Below, one piece after another: positions 27,620 to 40,404 of a stretch of 64,000 bases of DNA (position 1 is its first letter; the number at the start of each line of letters is the position of its first letter). The notes below the pieces were generated by a model that had not been told where the DNA came from, searched no databases, and was given only the letters and a program-made list of their open reading frames with translations. A program made the translations under genes and the position numbers. The stretch comes from Octopus vulgaris. Its lineage: Eukaryota. The DNA is taken from contig OX597815.1 in assembly GCA_951406725.2 (NCBI GenBank), positions 199,826,001 through 199,890,000 on the forward strand, read 5' to 3'.

Positions 27620-27990
27620 TGAAGGCGAATGGCCTGGTGTATCGGATTTTCAGATCATTATCACATGGTCGTGTGTTCAATTCCTGAACAAAGCAGCGCG
27701 GTGTGCCCTCGAGGCAGTCACTTTATTTCAGGTTGATACACTCTTATTTAATTGTAAATGAGCATCAATCACCCTGGTACTAATGCAGCTCCCCTATCTC
27801 CACTCATCACACTGAGCCAAAAATTAGCGTGTCAGTCTACTGTTTGTCTATGTCTGCTTGCGACAACGAAAGCACGGTAACGTTCCAAGCGATACTCGCT
27901 CGCGAGTGACAGTTCATTGTACTTCATACGTCTAGGGAAATCTCACTGTCTGACCAGACGAATGATCAAGCATTCAAGTCTATCCGATTA
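27620..27990 (+). mobile_element. Old degraded CORE-type SINE
   Basis: Decayed head TGAAGGCGAATGGCC...GTTCAATTCCTG and CACTTTATTTCAGGTTG, similar to 34711-34830. Confidence 0.55.
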
Positions 27991-28388
27991 TTGATTTTCA
28001 TGATTATAATTTAATGTGGTAGTAATCCATTACTCCATTACTGTGATCGAATACTGTGATCAGTCGCCAGACAAAACTCAAGTCAGTATTCAACACATTG
28101 AATTTTAGTAGTTATGTTAAAGTCTTCTATTGCCGAACCAGTTATTGAACTATTTCTTTTCATCCACCGAGAAACATAGTCGTATATTATATGTATGTAT
28201 ATAGTCGCCCATACACACACACTACACACACACACATATACACTCACTCAAATGTATATATATATATATAAGCATATATTTGCGCGTTACACACACTACA
28301 CACACACACATATACACTCACACAAATGTAAATATATATATATATGTGCATACATATATATGTATATATATATGTACATATATATGTA

Positions 28389-28436
<48 letters not shown>

Positions 28437-28466
28437 TATATATATATATGTATGTATGTACATACT

Positions 28467-28497
<31 letters not shown>

Positions 28498-28512
28498 GTA
28501 TGCACATACTTG

Positions 28513-28583
<71 letters not shown>

Positions 28584-28680
28584 GCTTATATTTATATATT
28601 CATACACACACACACTTATACATACATATATACATACATACACTATGAATGTGTGTATATGAGTATATATAAATTGAATG

Positions 28681-28862
28681 GAGAAGGTAAATCTGTTCTA
28701 CAAATATTTCCGAGCCAATTTGAATATGTGTTACGTAACACACATATTCCGCTTGCAATTCACACGAAAACAAAGCTAGATGCATATTCCACAGCTTGAA
28801 GTTAGGTAACACACGTTCAAATTGGCTTGGAAACAATGTAGCACAGGTTTACTTACCTCTTC
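28681..28862. repeat. Foldback/MITE-like element with ~55-bp imperfect inverted arms
   Basis: 28707-28739 pairs with 28801-28833 (4 mismatches). GTAAATCTGTTCTACA and TGTAGCACAGGTTTAC extend the pairing outward. Confidence 0.75.
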
Positions 28863-29341
28863 TGTTCCCTACAACTATCAATCTATAATCGTATAATTTA
28901 TAATTTTCGTTTCCAAACCGCGTGTTGTATAGTTGCAGCCATCTAATTCGATATGGGACGGAGTGTATAACATGCGTTTATTAATCAACTCTGTGGATCG
29001 TGTATCATCTGTTTTATGTCATTTATACGAGCCGTGTAGATGCTTGATGCTTGATGCTAAATATGTGTTTGTACCAAGAAACCAAGATCATTTTGGAACT
29101 CTCCACTCTATTACTACATACATAAATGCACACATACAAATATACATGCACCCACACACACATATACATTCACACGAACGCACATGCATTCGTACATATC
29201 TGCGCGCGCGCACATACACACACACAAGCTTACATATATCTGCATGTGCAAGCATAAAATATTTACATGCACACACACAAACACACGCACGCGCACGCGC
29301 GCACAGACACTTCGTACACATATAAACTTAGGATCACTTGA

Positions 29342-29759
29342 AGGCGGTGAGCTGGCAGAAAGGTTAGCACGCCGGGCGAAATGTTTAGAGGTATTTCGTC
29401 TGCCACTACGTTCTGAGTTCAAATTCCGCTGTGGTCGACTTTGCCTTTCATCCTTTCGGGGTCGATTAAATAAGTAACAGCTACGCACAGGAGTCAATAT
29501 AATCGACTAAATCCGTCTGTCTGTCCTTGTTTGTCCTCTCTGTGTTTAGCCCCTTGTGAGTAGTAAAGAAACAGCTATATTGTCCGTGTGAACGTTCTGC
29601 GTTCGAATTCCGCCGAGGTCGACTTTGCCTTTCATCCTTTTGGGGTCGATAAATTAAATACCAGTTACGCACTGGGGTCGATGTAATAGACTTAATCCCT
29701 TTGTCTGTCCTTGTTTGTCCACTCTATGTTTAGCCCCTTGTGGGCAATAAAGAAATAAG
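29342..29759 (+). mobile_element. SINE family B, tandem dimer
   Basis: A full unit followed by a 5'-truncated second unit from about 29592. Confidence 0.9.
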
Positions 29760-30395
29760 AGCAACAGCTCTTTGCAAGTTACAAATGATGGGCGATTTTT
29801 CTGCAAATGTTTTTTGCAATGTTTGCAACTGACGACAATACTTCTCCACATTAACCGTTTCCTGTCTTTTTATTTCGCTAGTTGTGTATAAAAATTGAAA
29901 TATGATAAAAGTTTCATAAGAAAAAAAGATATGATGCACCATTTACAAAGAAGAGAATAAAAAGTTCTTTGAAATGGAATAAAGAAGTTCATTATGGAGA
30001 ATCCATTATTCAGCTAGTAAGGCCATCGAGAAGGATTGTAGCAAAATCTATCATCCTAGTCACGACGGCCTGTAAGAGGAGCTCTTTATGCGAGTCGTTC
30101 TGTTTATTTTATCAACAAATTTTAAAAATATTTTTAATGTTACTAAAAATGTATCATGGTAGACTACATCATCCACATCTCACCGAACACAGAGTATAAC
30201 CTTTCTGGTGTATACTTCTGATTTGGGGGAATATATTCTCGTTCTTTATTGGATGTTAATCAGTTTCGTTTCATCGGCTATGATTAAAGAGAACGTGGTT
30301 ATGTTACGCATGAAAGGTTCGATAGCAGGTCTACACTTCAATGACGATCGAAGTGCAACGATTTGATTCAGCTTAGAAGCAGGTATATGATGAGA

Positions 30396-30626
30396 GGCGA
30401 CGAGCTGGCAGAAACGTTAGAGCGCCAGGCGAAATGCTTAGCGGTCTTTAGTCTGTCGCTACGTTCTGAGTTCAAATTCCGCCGAGGTCGACTTTGCCTT
30501 TCATCCTTTCGGGGTCGATTAAATAAGTACCAGTTACGCACTGGGGTTTCATATAATCGACTTAATCCGTTTCTCTGTCCATGTTTGTCCTCTCTGTGTT
30601 TAGCCCCTTGTGGTTAGTAAAGAAAT
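30396..30626 (+). mobile_element. SINE family B monomer
   Basis: TSD AGGTATATGATGAGAG at 30381-30396 and 30627-30642. Confidence 0.93.
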
Positions 30627-30871
30627 AGGTATATGATGAGAGAAGCACTGGCTAAGTTTCCAGATATTTCGAAGTTCATGAAGGTACTTTACGATGTAAG
30701 TGTGACTTGAATTGAACTGTTTTGCTAATTATTGCGGTGATTGCTTTCAATTATCCTCAACTACGCTTTTTAGAATCTCAATATCGACAGAATTTGGTCA
30801 TCCAGATTGAGACGAAACTTCAAGAAAACAATTTGCCGAACGACATTGCTTGCCCAAACCATCGTTGGCGT

Positions 30872-31308
30872 GGAAGCACTCCGTCGGTTACGACGACGAG
30901 GGTTCCGGTTGATCCGAATTACCTTGTAACTTGTCCCATCTGTGTGCAGCCCTGTGTGGCCAATAAAGAAACTTATTTATCTATCTATCTCGTGAAATTA
31001 ACGTGTAAGTGGCTGAGCACTCCACAGACACGTGTACCCTTAACGTAGTTCTCGGGGATATTCAGCGTGACACAGAGAGTGACAAGGCCGGCCCTTTTGA
31101 AATACAGGTACAACAGAAACAGGAAGTAAGAGTGATAAAAAGTTGTGGTGAAAGAGTACAGCAGGGATCACCACCATCCCCTGCCGGAGCCTCGTGGAGC
31201 TTTAGGTGTTTTCGCTCAATAAACACTCACAACGCCCGATCTGGGAATCGAAACCGCGATCCTATGACCGCGAGTCCGCTGCCCTAACCACTGGGCCATT
31301 GCGCCTCC
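30872..31308 (-). mobile_element. SINE group C (head C1 plus tail T1)
   Basis: TSD ACCATCGTTGGCGT at 30858-30871 and 31309-31322. Confidence 0.93.
30918..30990 (+). mobile_element. ~70-bp extreme 3' end of the Tx1-like LINE nested in the SINE
   Basis: TACCTTGTAACTTGTCCCATCTGTGTGCAGCCCTGTGTGGCCAATAAAGAAACTTATTTATCTATCTATCT matches 26411-26470. Confidence 0.9.
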
Positions 31309-31672
31309 ACCATCGTTGGCGTATTTGTTTACTCAAGACAGAAAGAATAATGTTTTGCCGATTCCATTGCTGTAGAGTCCATTTTGAATTCCAACAGCAA
31401 GGAGTGTCTTAAATGGATACGACCTACAGGCATTTTGAAAGGGTAAAGTCGATACAAATCCACCCACACTGGTAGCAGTTAATCTGCAAAAACAAAAAAA
31501 AAAAGGAAAAGAGAAAAAAAATGAGTATAAAAATTTATGCTTATTATACCGTAAATATTTAAAAAAAACTACGTTCATAATGATTCGAACACGCGACAGA
31601 CCTTTCTTTCCAAACACCTAACATGTGCATATATGTATGTTGGTTTACACACATACATATATACCTATATAC

Positions 31673-31729
<57 letters not shown>

Positions 31730-31809
31730 TCACTACTACTTGGCGGTTTGAGTCCTAGCTGCTCTTTCTAGTGGGTTGAATGTCCTATCGAAGCCGTTCC
31801 TCAATTGTA

Positions 31810-31851
<42 letters not shown>

Positions 31852-31909
31852 TCACAAGGCTTTGGTTGGCCCGAGAAAACACTTGCCCAAGGTGCCACGC
31901 AATGGGACT

Positions 31910-32886
31910 GAACCCAGAACCTTGTGGTTGGTAAGCAAGCTACTTACCACACAGCTACTGCTGAACCTTATACATATATACACACATGAATATATATACA
32001 TATATAAATATACACATAAATATATACTTATATAGTTACATACACACATATGTACATACAAAGATATCTACCTACCTCCTTACCTACCAACCTACCTTCG
32101 TATCTAACTACCTACCTACATACAAACTTACATACGTATACAAGATCTAGCCATTTACAAATTAGAAAAGTGTTACCGAGATCAGTGAACAAAGAGGTCA
32201 CAGAATTGTGACAAAAGACTTCGATGCCCATACAAGTTATTAAAGAAGAAAGAAGTTAATAATTATAAAATAATCAATTAATGTGTTTACTTAATTATAG
32301 ACAAAGGGAAATTGAAGAAAAAATTGCTTCCAAATACGATAGCAGCTTAAAAATAATAATAAAAAAATGTTAGCTAATCACAAACGAAGAAGAAATAATA
32401 TGCGAGAAGAAAGGGATTAGGAACTGTTGTGGCGAGAGTCATTGACACCCCTGTGAGATTGGAAGAATGGATTAACCCAACTTTTATAAAGAGAAGGATA
32501 TTGGTTGAGACGAGAGAGGTCGTAGGAGTCGCTGAGAGTTCGTGGAAGTTGTAGGAGGTCGCTGAGATCTTTGAGAGTTTGTATTTATCGGAGTATCGTG
32601 TTTAGTGGAGTAATTTGAAGTACTTAATCCCTTTGTCTGTTCTTGTTTGTCCCTTCTGTGTTTAGCCCTTTGTGGGTGGTAAAGAAATAGGTAAGTAGGT
32701 AAGAAGGTAGGTAGATATCTTTGTATGTACATATGTGTGTGTGTGTGTGTGTGTATGTAACCATATAAGTATATATTTATGTTTATATTTATGTATATAT
32801 ATGTATTCATGTGTGTATATATGAATAAGGTTCAGGAGTAGCTGTATGGTAAGTAGCTTGCTTACCAACCACAAGGTTCTAGGTTC
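31910..32886. repeat. Local inverted duplication (31910-32087 versus 32695-32886)
   Basis: The arms share a family A SINE head and over 100 bp of the same flanking sequence, e.g. CATATGTACATACAAAGATATCTACCTACC. Confidence 0.88.
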
Positions 32887-32999
32887 GAAAACTAAAACGA
32901 TGCAAAGCGCATTGTGCAAACGATGTGTAACAACATCTGATAATCTGGTCGGTCATGTGATCGCTTTATATACGTATATATATATATATATATATGTGT

Positions 33000-33245
33000 G
33001 CGTTTGTGTGTATGTTTGTGTCTATGTTTGCTCCCTGCCACCGCTCGACAGCCTATGTTGGTGTGTTGATGCCCACGTAACCTAGCGGTTCGGAAAAGAG
33101 AACCGATAGAATAAACACCAGGCTTAAAAAGGAAAAAAAAAAAAATTGGGGGGGTGGGGGTCGATACATTCAACTGAAATTTCTTCAAGGTGGTGCTCCA
33201 GCATGGCCGTAATCCAATTACTTAAACAAGTAAAAGATAAAAGAT
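33000..33245 (+). mobile_element. Diverged SINE family A, 3' half
   Basis: Contains AGCGGTTCGGAAAAGAGAACCGATAGAATAA...GGTGCTCCAGCATGGCC...AACAAGTAAAAGATAAAAGA. Confidence 0.8.
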
Positions 33246-33912
33246 ATATGTATACAATAGTAACGTGATATAATTACGTTTTATCATCGTAATCAAAATT
33301 ACAAATTTTTTTTTTTTCATCTTCCATATTAATTAATAATTCAAATAAACCTACATTTGCTGACAGTTTAATTATAACTTCATTCTTTTTTTATTCAATA
33401 AATTTGCATCTGCAATTACAATCACGTGTTTTTCACGTGAACATAAATAACATTTCTGTCTCTTTCGCTTAGTTTGGCGGCATTTGTGATACGCTACTTC
33501 ACCTTAAAATCTATAGTCTTAGATTTCAGATTCAAATCATCATTGTGTATATCGTAGTTCTTTGAATTTTCGCTATCCTGTCTGTTAGGTTACTATACTA
33601 AGCTTGGGGATTTGTGATTTATTAATCGCTTTGTTGTGATAAATACACTGAGATGTAGTCTATAGTACTTGACATGATTTACAACAGCTAATTTTCCAAA
33701 ACGACCAGAATTTATATTCTAACTCTTTATTTATATATTTCTTCCCTGTCTTTCTCTTTTATCTTTGAATTTCTCGACTGATCTTATAAAAACGGAAGTC
33801 CATTGGATAACGTAATCATAAACACAGTTCGTTTGAAGATAAGACAGAAAATAGACTCGGTTGGAATGCCTTTGATCACAGATCTAAATGACCAGGGCTG
33901 ACATAAGGCTCG

Positions 33913-33951
<39 letters not shown>

Positions 33952-34710
33952 ACGACGACGACTACGACGACGGCAACAATCACTTTTTACTAACTTATCG
34001 ACCCTGGACAGAATTGGGATTTAGAATATTCGACAAGGAGACTATAAACACTCTTATTTATTTAGTCCAACGCTCTACCATTTCTACAAACGTGGTAATT
34101 CTGTAAGCTATTGAGGGAACCTCTACACTTGAGGCTTTCCCTTTGACCTGCTAACAAACATTCTCTTAAATCACACATTTTTATCCAAGTATTTTCTCTG
34201 TTTGATTGTTTTTTTTACAATTACAACCACTGAGCTGTTTTCTAGTGGGCTTGTCACTTCGGCTGACATCGGAGACATTTTATCAGTATCGGTGATAAGA
34301 AGTAGAATTTTATCAGGCCGGTGATAAGAAGTAGAATTCGAACTTAGAACCCGAAGAGCCTAGACATCTCGTCTGATTCTCCGCCATCATTAATATTGTG
34401 TTTGGAACATAAATTAATAATGAAATTTGATGAAAGGTTTTAATTTTGCATACTCTAAATGAAAAGATTTTCACAAGCTTATTTCGTCGTGAAACCCTTA
34501 TCGGATTTTTCCCAAACCGCGGAACTTATACGTATAACTTATGGCCGTAAATTCTCATAGACATTAAAGGGGGGAAATTATTGTTTTAGTGAGAGAATGT
34601 ATTCACATAAGAAAAAAACAAAACAAAACAGCAATACTATTTGAAATGGTAAAATCACCAGAATTTTTTCTCGGTCCCATGGAGTACCTCGGTAACTATA
34701 TTGTGAAACA

Positions 34711-35041
34711 ATTGTGAGGGCGCGTGGCTTAGTGGTTAGGGCATTCGGCTCATGATCGTAAGGTTGTGAGTTCGATTCCCGGCGACGCGTTGTGTCCTTG
34801 AGCAAGACACTTTATTTCACGTTGCTCCAGTCCACTCAGCTGGCAAAAATGAGTTGTACTTGTATTTCAAAGGGTCAGCCTTGTCACTCTCTGTGTCACG
34901 CTGATTATCCCCGAGAACTACGTTAAGGGTACACGTGTCTGTGGAATGCTCAGCCATTTGCACGTTAATTTCACGAGCAAGCTGTTCCGTTGATCGTATC
35001 AGCTGGGACCCTCGTCGTCGTAACCGGCGGAGTAAGAAAGA
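34711..35041 (+). mobile_element. SINE group C (CORE-type head C2 plus tail T1)
   Basis: Boxes TGGCTTAGTGG and GAGTTCGATTCC, CORE-like GTGTCCTTGAGCAAGACACTT. TSD ATTGTGAAACA at 34700-34710 and 35042-35052. Confidence 0.92.
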
Positions 35042-35509
35042 ATTGTGAAACACTACCTTAAATCACAAAATTACTATATAAAATCTCCCCTCAAACGTGA
35101 AGGTACAATGGAAAATTGTAATCCTATATATATTTCCTGTCTCCAGAAACAAAGACGGGTGGACAGGGTTGGATCAAAGGTGAAACGGAACTGAATAACA
35201 AGAACAGCAACAACGAAATTTTTTTCAAACTTGAAATGCTACTAAAAATATTCATAAGAGACCTACCTACCCCAACCCGTCATCGTTACCCAGAAAGAAA
35301 ATAAAAAATATATATAGAGACGATAAAATACAAAAGAGTGAAACTACAAAACAAGTGAACGGCATTTCTGTACTTGGGTTGGTCAATACGTTGGTAAAAG
35401 ACTTCAAAAGTAATTAATAAATGTTGAGAGAAAAAAAAGTCGAACAGTGTAGTAGTAGTGATAGCTATTGTAGACACAGTCGTAGTAGTAGTATTAGTAG
35501 TATTAGTAA

Positions 35510-35544
<35 letters not shown>

Positions 35545-35725
35545 GTAGTAGTAGTAGTAGTAATGATGGTGGTAGTGATGGTAGACGGAGATGGTGGTGG
35601 TGGTGGTGGTGGTGGTGGTGGATTGGTAGTGGTTAAGGTGGCGAGTGAAAAGGCAAGGAATATATATACAAAAGACAAAACAAACAGGAAAAAAAAATTC
35701 GGTTGAAAAAGGGTATATACACATG

Positions 35726-35790
<65 letters not shown>

Positions 35791-35874
35791 ACAATATATA
35801 TATATATATATATACATATATATGTATGTATATATATATATACACATATATATATATATATATGTATATATATG

Positions 35875-35919
<45 letters not shown>

Positions 35920-36065
35920 TCACACAGAAACAGATACACATTCATATATACTGTGCATTATACGTGTGCGTATGCATATATTTACATACACATACACACA
36001 CGCACATATATATATATATACATACACACATACACACATAATGCACAATGTGTATGTATGTATCC

Positions 36066-36130
<65 letters not shown>

Positions 36131-36395
36131 TGTATGTATGTATATATATATACATATATGTTTACGTCTGCACATATATACAGAGACAATTCAGAGAGAG
36201 AGAGAGAGAAAGAGGGAGAGAGTGCAAGAGAGAATATGATGTGTGTCTTCGTGTGAAAGAGATTGAGAGAGCAGCACAGAGAAAAATGAAGTGTGGAAGA
36301 CGGTCCAACAGTAGCAAAATTGACGCGAAGAGTTAATTAAACGTCTAGTGAAAAACACTTACGTAAACACTTGATCAGTCACTGAATATAGAGAT

Positions 36396-36665
36396 TGTGT
36401 GAGTGCGTGTGTGTGTGTGTGTGTGTTTGTGTTTCTATGTGCCTGTGTGTGTGTGTGTGTGTGTGTGAGTGTGTTTCTATGTGCCTCTGTGTGTGTGTGT
36501 GTTTCTATGTGCCTCTGAGTGTGTGTTTCTATGTGCCTCTGTGTGTGTGTGTGTGTGTTTCTATGAGCCTCTGTGTGTGTGTGTGTGTTTGTATGTGCCT
36601 CTGTGTGTGTGTGTGTGTGTGTGTGTTTCTATGTGCCTATGTGTGTGTGTGTGTTTCTATGTACC

Positions 36666-36698
<33 letters not shown>

Positions 36699-36765
36699 CT
36701 CTGTGTGTGTGTGTGTGTGTGTTTCTATGTGCCTCTGTGTGTGTGTGTATGTGTTTGTGTTTGTG
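36396..36765. repeat. Compound minisatellite [TTCTATGTGCCTC(TG)n]
   Basis: About ten repeats of a fixed spacer separated by variable (TG)n runs. Confidence 0.9.
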
Positions 36766-36835
36766 CACGAAAGTACGAATATACGAATGTGTGTATATGC
36801 TTATTTATCTATGGAAGTGAAAAATACGTCTATAA

Positions 36836-36871
<36 letters not shown>

Positions 36872-37194
36872 TCGCGACAACACCCATACACACATACACA
36901 CAGTCGTATATATGTTATGTAAATGCGTGGGTGTGTATATATATGATTCTGTGTGTGTGTGTGTGTGTGTATGTTTATGACTGTGTGTATATATGTATGT
37001 CTATGCGTGTGTATGTTTCTTGATATATGTTCCTGTTTGCGTGTATACATACATACATACATGCGTACATATATACATATATACATACACACATATATAG
37101 ACATATATGTACGTATATGTGTATGTACATCTGTGTGTGTCTGTGTAAATATTCAATTTCTAACGTATTTATAAACATATATATATAGTATATG

Positions 37195-37229
<35 letters not shown>

Positions 37230-37256
37230 GTATATATATATATATATATATATGTG

Positions 37257-37289
<33 letters not shown>

Positions 37290-37362
37290 GTATATGTATA
37301 TGTATATATATATATATGTATATGTATATATATATATGTATATATATATATGTATATATATG

Positions 37363-37393
<31 letters not shown>

Positions 37394-37669
37394 GTATATA
37401 TATATATGTGTATATATATACACATATATATATATATGTATATATATATACCTGCTTACATACCTAGTTTACTCCTACGCATACATAGATAGATACATAC
37501 ATAAATACATACACAGACACACACACACAAATATACAAATACAGAGAATGACAGATTGGGGGAATGATAGACAAAGATGCACACACACACGTACATACAC
37601 ACACACACACTTTTCCTTCCGTCTCAGTATTTTCACTGTCTCTTTCTATACACACTGAAACGCATATGT

Positions 37670-37705
<36 letters not shown>

Positions 37706-38867
37706 ATGTTTGTCCTACGCGTGTTGTTCTATTTGATACGTTTTCAGCCAGAAGTGCTCTAGATATAATTGTAAACAGATGTATAAATATTTTCATCAAT
37801 AATAAAGAAAAAAGAATTCTTGCAGTGAGAAAAGAAATAGAGAAGACCGAAACATTCTTTATCCGAAGATATTTATTGGATGTACAATAAAGAATAGGAA
37901 GTTGAAACGGAATATTGAGGTTAGGAAAATTGGGCTATAAGGGGATTTGAGATGCTTCTGTTGAACAATGACATCTACTCTAGCTGGAGCATCACAAGGT
38001 GTGATTATTCATAATGCCTGAGGAGATTAGTACTAGCTTAGACACAGAAGGCTCTAAATGTAGGGTAAATTTTAACTGGGAGTTCATACAAGAATTGGGT
38101 CGAAATACTTTTATTGTTGATTACCGTTCGTGTATCCCCGAGTTTGTTCTGATTAAAGAAACCTGTAATAAAAGGTGTTTCAATCATGGCTGACTTGTCC
38201 TGTTCCTTCTGGGATTATCAGATTAGCGAAGGCCCCCTAGCCTGGTAATTTTTTATTGACGGAACTTTGGTAGATACAATCATGGTGTTTCGATTAGTGG
38301 TTCGATGTACTGTTTACGCCAACAGCCCACCATAATGTGGTCGCTCACGCCTACGCTTGCCCTGGCTATCGCCAAGCATAACGGTTCACTTGTAACTCGA
38401 CGACTGACTGGCGATAAATATGACTAGCTTCGTCTTTATATTTCAGACACAGTGCCTCTGCTGCTACTAATTTCTTTAATGTCTAATTAATGTTTATGAG
38501 GATTGTTTGACTTGAAGTAATGTGTTATTATGGCAAGCAGTCTCATCTTGCTTTCGTTTCATCAATTCATTAGATTTGAATCTAATTAAGCAGGTACCTT
38601 GTTTGTTTTTGTCGTGAAGCAGTGTTCGCTACATTAACATGACTGTACATTGTTTAGCTTCGAGTCAGGCTGGTCTGCAAACACATACAGTCAAAGCCGT
38701 TCAAACCGTGACAATCACTGTTTTGTTTTTGGCATTGTTCTGATACAACGGATCTCGGAAAATATTGTCCAAAATGTATCCTTCATATTTTCAGACAGTA
38801 AGGCGGCGTGATTTGAGGGAAATTTGGTGAGTTAAGTCATTGATGCGTCGATTGGAATAAATAGTAA

Positions 38868-39292
38868 AGGCGCAGGAGTGGCTGAGTGGTAAGTAGCTTA
38901 TTTACCAACCACATGGTTCCGGGTTCAGTCCCACTGCGTGGCACCTTGAGCAAGTGTCTTCTACTATAGCCTCGGGCCGACCAAAGCCTTGTGAGTGGAT
39001 TTGGTAGATGGAAACTGAAAGAAGCCCGTCGTATATATGTATATATATATATATATATATATGCGTGTGTGTGTTGTGTGTCTGTGTTTGTCCCCCTAGC
39101 ATTGCTTGACAACCGATGCTGGTGTGTTTATGTCCCCGTTACTTAGCGGTTCGGCAAAAGAGACCGATAGATTAAGTACTGGGCTTACAAAAGAATAAGT
39201 CCCGGGGTTGAGTTGCTCGATTAAAGGCGGTGCTCCAGCATGGCCGCAGCCAAATGACTGAAACAAGTAAAAGGGTAATAAATAAAGAGTAA
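38868..39292 (+). mobile_element. SINE family A, full length (a decayed older head follows at 39294-39445)
   Basis: Matches 3237-3660. Confidence 0.93.
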
Positions 39293-40049
39293 AATGGCTG
39301 GCTGTGCGGTAAGAAATTTGCTTTCCAATTACATGTTTCTGGGTTCATCCCCACTGCATGGTACTTTGGACACGAGTCTTCCATCACTATAATCCCACCT
39401 CGACCAAAGTGAATTTGGTGAATGGAATCTAAAAGCACGTCGTGTATATACATACATATATAGCTATATAGACAAATAGTTAGATAAATAGCTAACTGAT
39501 AGAAAATGGAATGAGCAACATTCTATATCTAAAATCCACTACAATTGTTTCGAAACATTTTTACGCCTATAGCACGTTGGTGAGATGTGAAGTGATTATC
39601 ATGATCCAGAGTGTAAAATGTGCTTCCTCGGGTGGTTATTTAAATAAATCCTTCGTTAGATATTCTCTTCATTGAACTCAGTGTGAGAATGCATAACCAA
39701 AGTGATGTGTCAGTCTTAGCAGTGTACAGAAAAAAAAAACTGAACCAATTGATACAGTGGTAGACATAATACCATTACTATCAAAATACAAAATACATAA
39801 ATAAGGAAATGGACGAAAAAAAGGGGTCGGGTTGACTATAAATTACCATTCTGTCTTAATGGACTGATTGCAAGGAAGAAAGAGTTAATTAACAGCTAAT
39901 AAGTATCCTAAGCTTAGTCTTCGTCCGATATATACCCGCCTTAGTATTTTTTCGTACAGCAAACTTTCAACTGAATTAAGAAGGGGTAGGCCTGTATGTT
40001 TACCGGTATGGTTGCCTCCCATTACTACTGTAGCGTTTCTTTTGCTCTA

Positions 40050-40275
40050 ACCATTGGAGAGACCGACAAGGAGAGCAATCGAATGGACAGTGAAAAGAGG
40101 GAGAAGAAAAAAGAGGCCGGACGGTGAAGACGTGACAAAGAACAGTGCGGGAAGATTTGGCCATGATGGGTGTCTCCTGGGAAGAAGGTTGCAATTTGGC
40201 TCAGAATGGCACCGATTAGAGACCTTTCATCACCAGATGCTCTTTGAGCGAACAGAGATAACATAACAAGTCTGT
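40050..40275 (+). pseudogene. RTE-clade LINE 3' end relic
   Basis: RPTRRAIEWTVKRGRRK[fs]RGRTVKT*QRTVREDLAMMGVSWEEGCNLAQNGTD*RPFITRCS matches the RTE C-terminal pattern GKR.RGRP..TW...DL...W......A.DR..WR. Confidence 0.8.
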
Positions 40276-40404
40276 CTGATCTTAATTAATGATTATTAAT
40301 TTAACCCGATGAATAATTTTATGATAACATTAGAGATATTAATTAAGCTCGCTTTCTAATTTTAACACAGCATTAGGTTACATTGTTAATATTACATGAT
40401 GTGT

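Larger units (their letters stand above)
29760..31433 (-). pseudogene. Decayed mariner (Tc1/mariner superfamily) transposase split by two SINEs
   Basis: From the ATG at 31433: MPVGRIHLRHSLLLEFKMDSTAMESAK; VLSKQIRQRWFG; SG*PNSVDIEILKSVVEDN*KQSPQ*LAKQFNSSHTYIVKYLHELRNIWKLSQCFSHHI (HTH region and WVPHEL-like motif); IIADET; RKVILCVR*DVDDVVYHD; TVNVEKYCRQLQTLQKTFAEKSP. These follow the Mos1-type motif order. Confidence 0.85.

Noticed and set aside
28205-28345. ~75-bp tandem duplication (and a ~29-bp one at 34278-34340)
   Set aside because: Ordinary slippage duplications in low-complexity or decayed repeat DNA.
28848-28885. Strong minus-strand splice donor GAG|GTAAGT with a mini-exon
   Set aside because: It lies within the arm of the foldback element and has no convincing acceptor or frame.
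34714-34790. tRNA gene (also at 60787, 61967 and 38868)
   Set aside because: There is no acceptor stem closure or terminator. The heads continue into SINE bodies, several flanked by TSDs.
36396-36765. CRISPR-like repeat-spacer array (also 56525-56950)
   Set aside because: The spacers are only (TG)n or (CT)n, the context is eukaryotic and no cas genes are present.
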